From NCBI GenBank assembly GCA_021399395.1, contig JAAFKJ010000180.1:1-21378 (forward strand): 21,378 bases of DNA, read 5' to 3'. Numbering within the stretch: the stretch's first letter is position 1; every line of letters begins with the position of its first letter. The translations under genes and the position numbers were made by a program. The notes below the pieces were generated by a model, which searched no databases, was not told where the DNA came from, and saw only the letters and a program-made list of their open reading frames with translations. This DNA comes from Candidatus Heimdallarchaeota archaeon. GTDB taxonomy: Archaea; Asgardarchaeota; Heimdallarchaeia; Heimdallarchaeales; Heimdallarchaeaceae. Positions 9,059-17,544 of this stretch are shown here, piece by piece.

Positions 9059-9131
9059 GGAGCTAACACCTACTGTAGTGGTACAATAAGAAAATCTCAC
9101 GGGTTGAGAGATAATTGGTTAAGTTAGCTCC
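9059..9131 (-). ncRNA. Unnamed structured small RNA/element, copy 2 (73 nt)
   Basis: Perfect 9-bp stem GGAGCUAAC/GUUAGCUCC, AUCUC/GAGAU hairpin, CUUAUUGUA-CCAC-UACAGUAGG hairpin. Pyrimidine/U tract follows on the minus strand (9028-9054). Confidence 0.65.
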
Positions 9132-9209
9132 GACAATATAAAGGGTTTTGACTTTTAAAACTACAAAGAAAAAATTAGAAAAAGAAAAATGATGTCCGAA
9201 TGTTTACTC
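9123..9209. repeat. 87-bp direct repeat, left copy
   Basis: 86/87 identical to 11557-11643 (single G/A difference at 9150/11584). Confidence 0.95.
9153..9160 (-). promoter_or_regulatory. TATA box for small-RNA copy 2
   Basis: TTTTAAAA 21 nt upstream of GGAGCTAAC on the minus strand. Confidence 0.55.
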
Positions 9210-9388
9210 AAAATGAATAAGTAGGAACAAATTTGAGTTTTATTGCAAGTGATATCATCGAATATGGCAGTCCAAGTCGAAAAAGTTTATTGTATGGTAA
9301 ATTGATTGAATGAAAATTTGCTTTAAAAAGAGAGAAAAAGGATAGCTATACATATGTTATACTAAAGCTAGTTCCTTGATAGGTATTA

Positions 9389-10051
9389 TTAAGCTGTTTT
9401 TGTTCTTCTCCTATTTACTACTAGGATTGCGCATGAAATTAAGAGCGTGATAACTAATACGATAGATATTTCAGAACTTAATTCTGGAAGTGTATAAATT
9501 ACGAAGTCAGCATAGTATATATTCATAACACCAGATATGACAGTGATATTTGTGAGTAACACTTCTGCTGGAGCAACCCAACCAAGTGAGGACGCAGTAT
9601 TTATAGGTCGCCAAAGAGTATAGTTGCCATCAGGAAGCTGGGATAAACCTGATTGGTTAATATAAAACAAAATGGAACCATTTTCTTTAGTGATACCTGA
9701 TGGATAAATATAGCTTGCCCCCTCATCAATAACCATTCCTAGTTGTTCAAGTTCTAGTGATTGATTTACAAATGAAGCATTAATCTGAACTACATATTCG
9801 GGAATATCCAATTCGATTACTGTTTGGTTTTTATTATCTCTGTTTAAAATCTCCACTTCTAAACTCATTTCAAATAGGGTTTTGTTAGGATTATAATGAT
9901 CACCAGAAATGATTATATCTATGTTTTCATTGATTTTTGAAACCCTAGAAGCAATAACTGGTACTTCACCATTTACTGAGAAGATACTTGAAAAAAGAAG
10001 CAATGGTATCATGATTAGAACAATCAAATATTTTTCCATGGATTTATTCAT
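9389..10051 (-). CDS. Secreted, C-terminally anchored hypothetical (glyco)protein
   Basis: Signal peptide, multiple N-x-S/T sequons, C-terminal TM + RRRTK. Confidence 0.75.
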   Translation of the reverse strand: MNKSMEKYLIVLIMIPLLLFSSIFSVNGEVPVIASRVSKINENIDIIISGDHYNPNKTLFEMSLEVEILNRDNKNQTVIELDIPEYVVQINASFVNQSLELEQLGMVIDEGASYIYPSGITKENGSILFYINQSGLSQLPDGNYTLWRPINTASSLGWVAPAEVLLTNITVISGVMNIYYADFVIYTLPELSSEISIVLVITLLISCAILVVNRRRTKTA

Positions 10052-10132
10052 AATTTTTTTCTCTCCTTTTGATTTTACATCCGATTAATCTTTAATGTGT
10101 ATTTGAATACAAGATATTAATGTTCTTAGTTT

Positions 10133-11311
10133 TTAGGATGCTAATGTACCTTCAGTATAGGCCTTTCCATATGCAAGATAAGCATCCACGTACCCATATC
10201 CCATTTTTTGATCAAATGTGCTCCTAGAACTAGCATATAGTAGGATATCAACTACTTTTTGCAATGAAGGATCAGTAGAATCCCCAATACCATTGTGGTA
10301 TCCTGTAATTATTAAAGCAATGATAGCAGTTAAGTAAGGAGTGCTAAGACTTGTCCCATAAGCATAACGCCAATAGTAGTCTAGTTGAATGGGGCGATTC
10401 AACTTAGGGATACCATTTCCTGGTGCTAGCCAATTCACAATGTGATTTCCTGATACATTAGTTGTGAACCATGACGAAAAACTTGATCTTCCATTCTTTG
10501 TTGAGAGTGGTGTACCAGTAGTACGTGTTTCATGATCAATTGATCCAATACAATACCAGTGTGAGTAGTACTGTGGATATTTATACTCTATACTATTAGC
10601 TTGATTCATATAGTTTCCCTTATTACCTGCTGAAGCGACCATTATTACATCTTTGCTTAGTAAATCATCCCATTTCTGTAGAATTTGACTAGTTGCAAAA
10701 TCTTGCGACTTACTTAGAGAACAAGTGATAATGTCGATATCTTTTGATGCTTGGTTATCATCAAGCCATTCCCAAAGTTTGTAATCATCAAACTCAAATC
10801 CATAAGGATCGGTTTTAAATAGATTACTCATTTGTATATCTACAAAAATCACTTTTACATCCCTTGCTATAGCTGCAATTGCTGATATAACAGTAAGTCC
10901 GTGAATAAAAAAAACTTGATCATCCAAATAGGAATCTTCAGGATCAGTAATCCATTTAATATTACTTTCGTCATCTTCTGTTAGAAAACCAACAATGTCC
11001 ACGTTAGTTATAGAATTTTGTTCCAATTCCTTCCAATCTTCTTCAACAAGACCAGTATCAATCACAACTATTGTGACATAATCATCTATTTCTACACCAT
11101 AATCATAAACTACACAATCTGCTCCAGTGTATGTATATGATGTATCTTGAAGTTCTCCTACTTTTACGGATGGATTAGGTACAGTATATCCAGGAACTCC
11201 ATTGATTAAAATTTCTTCATGGATTATATTTAAGCTTAGAACAGGAGCTGTTCCTGCTAACATTATTATAGATAACGAGAGAATCTTTCCCATTATTCTA
11301 CATTTTTTCAT
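10133..11311 (-). CDS. Secreted S8 (subtilisin-like) serine peptidase
   Basis: VVIDTG (Asp), IHGLTV (His), SAGN (oxyanion Asn), GTSLSTP (Ser), GYGYVDA, and a signal peptide. Confidence 0.88.
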   Translation of the reverse strand: MKKCRIMGKILSLSIIMLAGTAPVLSLNIIHEEILINGVPGYTVPNPSVKVGELQDTSYTYTGADCVVYDYGVEIDDYVTIVVIDTGLVEEDWKELEQNSITNVDIVGFLTEDDESNIKWITDPEDSYLDDQVFFIHGLTVISAIAAIARDVKVIFVDIQMSNLFKTDPYGFEFDDYKLWEWLDDNQASKDIDIITCSLSKSQDFATSQILQKWDDLLSKDVIMVASAGNKGNYMNQANSIEYKYPQYYSHWYCIGSIDHETRTTGTPLSTKNGRSSFSSWFTTNVSGNHIVNWLAPGNGIPKLNRPIQLDYYWRYAYGTSLSTPYLTAIIALIITGYHNGIGDSTDPSLQKVVDILLYASSRSTFDQKMGYGYVDAYLAYGKAYTEGTLAS

Positions 11312-11512
11312 TTATAGTTCACTCATTTAATTCTGTTTAATTACAGTTTTGTATTTATTTAAATATTTTTCAAATTGGTCTAAAACTTGTAAAAAATCCT
11401 AAGCTTTTTACCATAAATTCTTTATGTTTAGGATTTGGAATAATATTATATTATGAACCAAATGAAAACTCAAAGACATTTATAAGAGAATTAAGAAAAA
11501 AGGAAATAAGAG

Positions 11513-11565
11513 TGGTGGAGCTAACTTTTACTATAGTGGTAGTAATGAGAAATAATGTTAGCTCC
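11513..11565 (-). ncRNA. Unnamed structured small RNA/element, copy 3 (short, ends UAGCUCCACCA)
   Basis: Perfect GGAGCUAAC/GUUAGCUCC stem, lacks the AUCUC/GAGAU hairpin, retains UUACUA-CCACUA-UAGUAA. TATA TTTTAAAA at 11587-11594. Confidence 0.55.
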
Positions 11566-11643
11566 GACAATATAAAGGGTTTTAACTTTTAAAACTACAA
11601 AGAAAAAATTAGAAAAAGAAAAATGATGTCCGAATGTTTACTC
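11557..11643. repeat. 87-bp direct repeat, right copy (includes last 6 nt of the ferredoxin gene)
   Basis: 86/87 identical to 9123-9209. Confidence 0.95.
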
Positions 11644-11811
11644 GTAATCTATACACTCACTAGGACATTCATCTATGCATAATCCGCAATCTGTACAATC
11701 GTCTTTTCTTGCTACGACGGCTACGTCTTCTAAATCATAAACGTTTTCTGGACAGATATCTACACAAGCTCCACAAGCAATACAGCATTCCGCATCTACT
11801 TTTGTTGGCAT
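11638..11811 (-). CDS. 2[4Fe-4S] ferredoxin, 57 aa (not in ORF track)
   Basis: MPTKVDAECCIACGACVDICPENVYDLEDVAVVARKDDCTDCGLCIDECPSECIDYE*, with two CxxCxxCxxxCP motifs and GGTGA RBS upstream. Confidence 0.95.
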   Translation of the reverse strand: MPTKVDAECCIACGACVDICPENVYDLEDVAVVARKDDCTDCGLCIDECPSECIDYE

Positions 11812-11940
11812 TTTTTATTTCACCTAAGTACTTAATTTTTCTTTTTCTACTTCTCTTTTTAAACTCTTCTCTCCCGACCTACTAATTAATGGAATTTCAG
11901 AATGAGTTTTAATAGAAAAGAGAAAAATAAGGAGAGAAGA

Positions 11941-14184
11941 TTATTTTATTTGAGTTGATCTTCCTCTTGCAAAATCAGCTATGACAATGTAGGAGACTAT
12001 TTTCGCAAATTCTGTCGAATTGCTCAATATTCCAACTACCTGTTGTGTTGCTTCATCGGTGGCTGCTATGAGTACCTCTTCATTCTCTCTCTCTACTCCT
12101 ATGAATTGTGGTAGACTCACACCTGTTCCCATATCTCTGAATTTTCTTACTTCTACATTTGCTTCTGCTGCATAAGCTGAATCTATCCATTCTCTATTTG
12201 TCTGTTCATCTAGATAAGTTACTATTGTAACTCTCACTGTTGTTGGTAGAGACTTCACAGCATCCAAGGGTATATACTCAGGTTTTGGAGACATAATTGT
12301 GACACTTCGTTTTGCAGCTCTCACTATTCTGTCAAGATGACTTATTGTAGCATCAAGTCCGATAATTGAAGTTGTCTCAACTCGAGGAACGGGAGAATCT
12401 TTAGTAGTTGCTTCTAAGGTTCTGAAATCGTTCTTAATCTTCATCGTCAAAGAAGATAGATGATTCGCTGTATCAGTATATTTACCACCTGTTTCTTCTA
12501 AGAAACTTGTAGCTGCGGTTACTTCTTCATTGAGCCCCCCTGCAATTAATTCCTTACTTTCTTTTATTTGTGTCTTTGAGGAATTAACCAAATCATTTGC
12601 TACTTTTAGTGATGATTCAAGAGTTTGATCCAAGTAGTTGCTCAAATCTGATGTGATGCTAGTTGTAGTTGCACCTATCATATTGATTGCTTCTTGATAT
12701 TTTGCATTGATTTTAGCTTCATTTTCTTGGGTTAAGGTTTCAATTTGAGAGGATAGTTCCATCCATTTTTCTTTTAAACCCTCAATTTCAGTTCCTAAGG
12801 ATTGCTGTACATTATTATTGAGTTGATTAGATACATCTCTGAACTGTTGAACGTGTTCATTCATGCTGTCGAAAATGGTTGAGGTTATCCCAGTGAATTG
12901 GTTGGTTAGAGTTTCTTTAAATGAACTCAATCTGGTTCTTGCAGTATCTTGAATCTCTGTTATCTTTGCATTATAACTTTGAATTGCTTCATTATAACGA
13001 GTGTCAAGTTTTTGTGCAAACATATCTCTTTCACTGATGAGATTATTTCTCTGGGTTTGTTCGCTATTCTGCAAATCTGTAAATTTCAGATTCATGTCTT
13101 CTTTTATCTGTGAGATAGTTCCCGATATTGTATTGTTTCTTTGCTGTTCAAACTCATTTGTTAAACTCTGTTTGATTTCTGACACTTTCTCATTCAGAGA
13201 TGAGATCGCTTCTTGGACTTGAAGAGAAAGTTCTTCCACTTTTCTGTTTAAAATCATTTCAAGTGAAGTATTTAAATCACCAAGTGAACCAGACACAGTT
13301 TCTGTTAGATTATCAATGGTTGCTTCAGTTTTTCTAACTGTTTCAGTTGAGAATCCTACATATTTCTCAGATTGGTCTCTATTGAATCCTCTAACATCAA
13401 TTTTTGTTATATCTATGTTTTGCTGTATAACTTCTGCAATTTCATTTAGATGATTTAGATAATTCTCTTCTAACATCTCAATTTTAGGTTCTAAAGTTTG
13501 AGAAATCTCGTCAATCTTTGCAGATTGTTGTTTAACATTTTGATCAACATTTGAAATCGAACTGGTAATGGCTTCTGAATTAGAACTTCGAATATTCTCC
13601 AAACTTGAATCAGCTGCAGTTTTAGCAGCGGATATTGTATCAACGTTATTTTGTAGAACTTCTTTTATTGACGCTCCAACAAACTGTTTTTCTTCTTCTT
13701 GTATGCTTGTGAGTTTTTCTTTTATTACATTCGATTTACTCTCAAGATTTTCTCTTCTTTGGTTAGTTAGAGATTGAAGATTAGCAGAAACGCTTGAATA
13801 TTGTTGGTCTAACTCTTCTTCTTTCTTAGCCAATGAAGAGTTGAGTTGATTTACCATATTTGATCTTAGTTGGTTGAACTCTGTCTGTTTGTTTTGGATA
13901 AATGTATTAGTATTCTCTAAATATCCCTTGATACTCGAATTAATTTTATCACTTGTTTCAGCCAGATATTCTAAAGGTATTCTAACAAAATATTTTTTCA
14001 CATAACCCTCCGAAACACCTACAGCCCCTTTATTAATGAGAGAACTCAAAGCAACCTCTACTTTGGAGAAGTGAAGTTTTCCATGCTCAGCAATTTCAAA
14101 TGCTGTTAATTGGCCTGTTCCCAGGAGTAATGTATATACTTGTTTTTCTTCTGGATTTAATTGTAATCTTTCTATAAATGACAT
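11941..14184 (-). CDS. TrmB-like wHTH + very long coiled-coil/helical insert + TrmB/PLD-like C-terminal domain
   Basis: LNPEEKQVYTLLLGTGQLTAFEIAE...LINKGAV (TrmB HTH), ~500 aa Q/E/N/S-rich amphipathic helices, IIG...AAKRSVTIMSP C-terminal domain. Confidence 0.7.
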   Translation of the reverse strand: MSFIERLQLNPEEKQVYTLLLGTGQLTAFEIAEHGKLHFSKVEVALSSLINKGAVGVSEGYVKKYFVRIPLEYLAETSDKINSSIKGYLENTNTFIQNKQTEFNQLRSNMVNQLNSSLAKKEEELDQQYSSVSANLQSLTNQRRENLESKSNVIKEKLTSIQEEEKQFVGASIKEVLQNNVDTISAAKTAADSSLENIRSSNSEAITSSISNVDQNVKQQSAKIDEISQTLEPKIEMLEENYLNHLNEIAEVIQQNIDITKIDVRGFNRDQSEKYVGFSTETVRKTEATIDNLTETVSGSLGDLNTSLEMILNRKVEELSLQVQEAISSLNEKVSEIKQSLTNEFEQQRNNTISGTISQIKEDMNLKFTDLQNSEQTQRNNLISERDMFAQKLDTRYNEAIQSYNAKITEIQDTARTRLSSFKETLTNQFTGITSTIFDSMNEHVQQFRDVSNQLNNNVQQSLGTEIEGLKEKWMELSSQIETLTQENEAKINAKYQEAINMIGATTTSITSDLSNYLDQTLESSLKVANDLVNSSKTQIKESKELIAGGLNEEVTAATSFLEETGGKYTDTANHLSSLTMKIKNDFRTLEATTKDSPVPRVETTSIIGLDATISHLDRIVRAAKRSVTIMSPKPEYIPLDAVKSLPTTVRVTIVTYLDEQTNREWIDSAYAAEANVEVRKFRDMGTGVSLPQFIGVERENEEVLIAATDEATQQVVGILSNSTEFAKIVSYIVIADFARGRSTQIK

Positions 14185-14315
14185 GATTGCACCTTTAATT
14201 CTTCAAAGTTCAATGTCTCAAACCAAGATATTAAGCTTTCTTATAATGCAACTAACAATCGTCCCCAGTGATAAGTTTTTTAACAAGCTACTAGTTGTAT
14301 TTTCTGTGGTTAAAG

Positions 14316-14930
14316 ATGGAAGATTATGAGATAGTCTCTTGGGATCAAAGCTACCAAATGACATTCTATCTGTTTGAAAAAATAACAGAGGATAGATTCT
14401 TTCCAGATATAATTGTAGGAATAGCAAGAGGTGGTTGGATTCCAGCTAGATTACTAGCTGATTTTTATGGAAATAGAAGAACAGCTAATATCAAGATAGA
14501 ATTTTATGATGATAATTCTAGAGCTACTGAAAATCCAATTATTACTCAGAAGATTTCTGAAGGCGTGGAAGGAAAAGTTATACTAATCGTAGATGACGTT
14601 GCAGATAGTGGAAAGAGTTTGGTTGCAGCTATCGAACATATTAAAGAAATGGGGGCAAAGGAAATCAGGACTGCAACTCTGTATTACAAGGAACACAGTA
14701 TAATCAAACCAGATTACTATATCAATGAAACAGAATCATGGATAGTTTATCCCTGGGAGTATGGAGAATATATTGCATTCCAATATAAAACAAATAAAGA
14801 CAAAATGTCTAGTAAGGATATAAGAAAGAAACTAAAAGACATAGGAATACCTCCTCCTTTAGTTGATGCGTATTTCTCCTTGGTACTTTCAAATGGAAAC
14901 TTGAATGAGATGAATAGAAATGAACAATAA
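14316..14930 (+). CDS. Purine (xanthine/guanine/hypoxanthine) phosphoribosyltransferase family
   Basis: IVGIARGG, VILIVDDVADSGKSL PRPP-binding motif, KPDYY, WIVYPWE. Likely start is ATG 14316. Confidence 0.88.
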   Translation: MEDYEIVSWDQSYQMTFYLFEKITEDRFFPDIIVGIARGGWIPARLLADFYGNRRTANIKIEFYDDNSRATENPIITQKISEGVEGKVILIVDDVADSGKSLVAAIEHIKEMGAKEIRTATLYYKEHSIIKPDYYINETESWIVYPWEYGEYIAFQYKTNKDKMSSKDIRKKLKDIGIPPPLVDAYFSLVLSNGNLNEMNRNEQ

Positions 14931-15243
14931 TGAGACAAATAACGAAGACCTTGAACTACCGGGTGATGTGATCGACCGAGTAAATGTTGGTGTGGTTGCA
15001 GTTTCTTTAAGCTTATACGAAGAAGGGATGAGCTTAGATGAATTAATAGAGGTTACCGGGATACGAAAAAAAGATGTATTGAAGAGTTTAGATTACCTAA
15101 TTCAAAATCGAATGGTTAGAAAGAAAACTGGTTCTGATGTTCATGTAGTCTCGAATTTCAAAAAAATGTTACAATTCCTTCTCTCATCTGGACTTATGTT
15201 TCCTTTAGGAGATCAAATCTCAAAAACAAAAGAAGAAAAATAA
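14920..15243 (+). CDS. Small winged-helix DNA-binding protein
   Basis: GMSLDELIEVTGIRKKDVLKSLDYLIQNRMVRK; overlaps the PRTase stop (translationally coupled). Confidence 0.65.
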   Translation: MNNNETNNEDLELPGDVIDRVNVGVVAVSLSLYEEGMSLDELIEVTGIRKKDVLKSLDYLIQNRMVRKKTGSDVHVVSNFKKMLQFLLSSGLMFPLGDQISKTKEEK

Positions 15244-15254
15244 AAATTACGCTT

Positions 15255-16790
15255 CTAATTAATGAAACTCTCCAAAGAGGTTTGAGCTTCTTTCTTTGAA
15301 TCTTTTTTCTTTTCTGAAACATCTTCTTCTGAAGAATCTTCCTTTTCGGTTTTTTTATCTGTAGATGCTTCCTCGGCTTGTTCTTGTTTTTCAACAGGTT
15401 TTTTAGGTTTTTTAGGTGTAGAAGTTTTTGGCTTCTTCCTCTCTGTTAAGTCATTGTAAAATAATAAACTCTTTTCTGTGCTTTTTGCCTTTTCTATCCA
15501 ATCTCCAGCCATATGTACGTAAGCTTCCTCAGCTTGTTCTTTTATCCTTTTTATCAATTTACTAGAACCTTCTGTAAGGAAATCTAAATCATCATCATTA
15601 TATTGGAACCAAGCAGCTAGTCCGCCTGCCATTTTAGTATCTGTATTGAAAATTATTCTGATATACGGATAATACTCGCTCTGAAACACTTTTTTTGAAC
15701 AATGAAGTTTCTTTGTACTTTTTTCCGCTAAACTTTTTATCTTAGCATTCTTTCCCCTTAGTCTTGCCATAAGCGACCAGTAACTAGGAAAACCATATTT
15801 TGTAGATTTAAAGGACGAAGATTTCACGAGACCAACCGAAGATATGAATGTAAAGAAATATTTCAGAAATTTCCAGTCTTGCTTGATATAACATTTAGAT
15901 AGGTAGAAATCAGCTACTGCTATCAGTTCATACATGTTAAATTGTTCTGTTGAAGTTTCTGATTGTTTCCACGCATGCTCATACACATATGTCAGCAATT
16001 CTCTGTAATCTACATCAACACCATCGAGTGCAGATTTCACATCTTTGAAATTATTCACTTTGAATATGTTGTTTAATGCATCATCTAGACTATGTTGTTG
16101 GTTTCTTGGAGCAAATATGATTTCTTTATCATAACTTCCAAAAGCTGCTCCTTCAAGGTCATTAATTGCCGATCTAGCATCTCCACCACAGTTTTTGGCA
16201 ATAGCGATAAGTGTTGTTTCATTTATTTTCACCCCTTCTTTGTCAGCAATCTTTTTAAGAAGGTGCAAAATCTCATCTTCTTTCAATCTGTGAAATTCTA
16301 TAACCTTCATGCTTCTCTTTGCTGATTTCAATGATTTTGCAGAGGGATCATTAGCTGTACAAATTATTGGAATTCGAGTTAAAGTTACCGCTTTTCCCAA
16401 AGCACTACCTCCACCTCTATCCTCGTTTCCAAATAAGCCATCAGCCTCATCGACCAATATCAACTTTCGAACTTTAGCACCTTGCAATACTGTTCCTTCT
16501 GTTGATGACTTACCCACTAACAGTTCTACTGATTTTTTGTTTCTGTTATCACTTGCATTAACTTCAACAAATTCATACTTATATTTCTTAATCAAATAGT
16601 GAACTACACTTGTCTTTCCTACACCCGCGGGTCCTGCAAGAAGGGCTACTTTCTTTTTTTGTTGATTCCAAGTTTTCAACCACTCCTCTAAAACCAGAAC
16701 TGAATCTCTGTTACCAACAAAATCAATTAGATACTCCGGACGGTATTTTTCTACCCAAGGAATTGCTAAAGTGTTAGTTTGACTAGCCAT
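15255..16790 (-). CDS. rfcL: Replication factor C large subunit
   Basis: PWVEKYRP, GPAGVGKT, EVNASD, DEADG, GDARSAINDL, charged tail ending in PIP-box QTSLESF. Likely start is ATG 16790. Confidence 0.93.
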   Translation of the reverse strand: MASQTNTLAIPWVEKYRPEYLIDFVGNRDSVLVLEEWLKTWNQQKKKVALLAGPAGVGKTSVVHYLIKKYKYEFVEVNASDNRNKKSVELLVGKSSTEGTVLQGAKVRKLILVDEADGLFGNEDRGGGSALGKAVTLTRIPIICTANDPSAKSLKSAKRSMKVIEFHRLKEDEILHLLKKIADKEGVKINETTLIAIAKNCGGDARSAINDLEGAAFGSYDKEIIFAPRNQQHSLDDALNNIFKVNNFKDVKSALDGVDVDYRELLTYVYEHAWKQSETSTEQFNMYELIAVADFYLSKCYIKQDWKFLKYFFTFISSVGLVKSSSFKSTKYGFPSYWSLMARLRGKNAKIKSLAEKSTKKLHCSKKVFQSEYYPYIRIIFNTDTKMAGGLAAWFQYNDDDLDFLTEGSSKLIKRIKEQAEEAYVHMAGDWIEKAKSTEKSLLFYNDLTERKKPKTSTPKKPKKPVEKQEQAEEASTDKKTEKEDSSEEDVSEKKKDSKKEAQTSLESFIN

Positions 16791-16876
16791 AAGGTTCAGA
16801 TGAAATGTAATCTTTTCAATATAAAAAATATGTGTATCAAGTACTAGAAATAACAAAAACAAAAGAGAAAGAGAAA

Positions 16877-17500
16877 TTAATCTTCACTTTCTTCTTTATC
16901 TGTAGTTTTATCTATATCGTCATCTTTTTTCTTTGATTTTGTAAAAAGCATTTTCCCTAATATCCCACCAACAATTCCACCCGCTATTCCAAGTACTGGA
17001 ATTACAAAGAAGGACCCAAGAACCATGGGAGCAAAGAGATTGATAATAAACACTAACAATCCTCCAGTTGAAAATCCTCCTAAAGATCCAGACAAAGTTG
17101 CAAACAGAAAACTTAGGAAAAGATAAGAGGTTACAGCTGACCATAATCCAGATCTTAATCCACCTCTGGATGCCAATCCACCTGCAAAAGAACCTACAAA
17201 CCAAAGTGCAAGAATAAGGATGAAGGCTCCAACACCAACCATGTCTTCCAAAGGTTGAGTAATACCGACAACAGGGCTGTCAAGATTAAGGAAGATACTT
17301 GGGTTCAAAAGCATCATTAATATTACCCAAAAGTGTCCTCCAGCACCATGATTATCTGTTAAAGTTGTATTTACTTCTATTAAAGCCAAGAAATCTGGAC
17401 TATCGAATGTTGGCCATAATAATAGCATTAGTACAACTACTACAACCGTACAAGTCACAAAACCAATTAATGTTTTATAGATACGTTTGAAGAATAACAT
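16877..17500 (-). CDS. Multi-pass membrane protein, GxxxG-rich
   Basis: About 5-6 hydrophobic segments, including GIAGGIVGGILG. Confidence 0.75.
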   Translation of the reverse strand: MLFFKRIYKTLIGFVTCTVVVVVLMLLLWPTFDSPDFLALIEVNTTLTDNHGAGGHFWVILMMLLNPSIFLNLDSPVVGITQPLEDMVGVGAFILILALWFVGSFAGGLASRGGLRSGLWSAVTSYLFLSFLFATLSGSLGGFSTGGLLVFIINLFAPMVLGSFFVIPVLGIAGGIVGGILGKMLFTKSKKKDDDIDKTTDKEESED

Positions 17501-17544
17501 ATCAATCAGAATATTATGGGTATGTAGTTATATTAAGGTAATCC

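Noticed and set aside
9055-9131. Repeats as true tRNA genes or hammerhead ribozymes
   Set aside because: No D-arm GG, no TTCRA T-loop, no 7-nt anticodon loop, and no CUGANGA core.
11394-11436. Inverted repeat AAATCCTAA...TTAGGATTT upstream of the S8 gene
   Set aside because: AT-rich and single occurrence, with no independent support.
6818-11565. Repeats as canonical integron attC sites (CTAAC...GTTAG ends)
   Set aside because: No complementary L''/L' boxes, branched interior, copy 3 only 49 nt, cargo in both orientations with own promoters, and no intI in the window. Kept only as an analogy.
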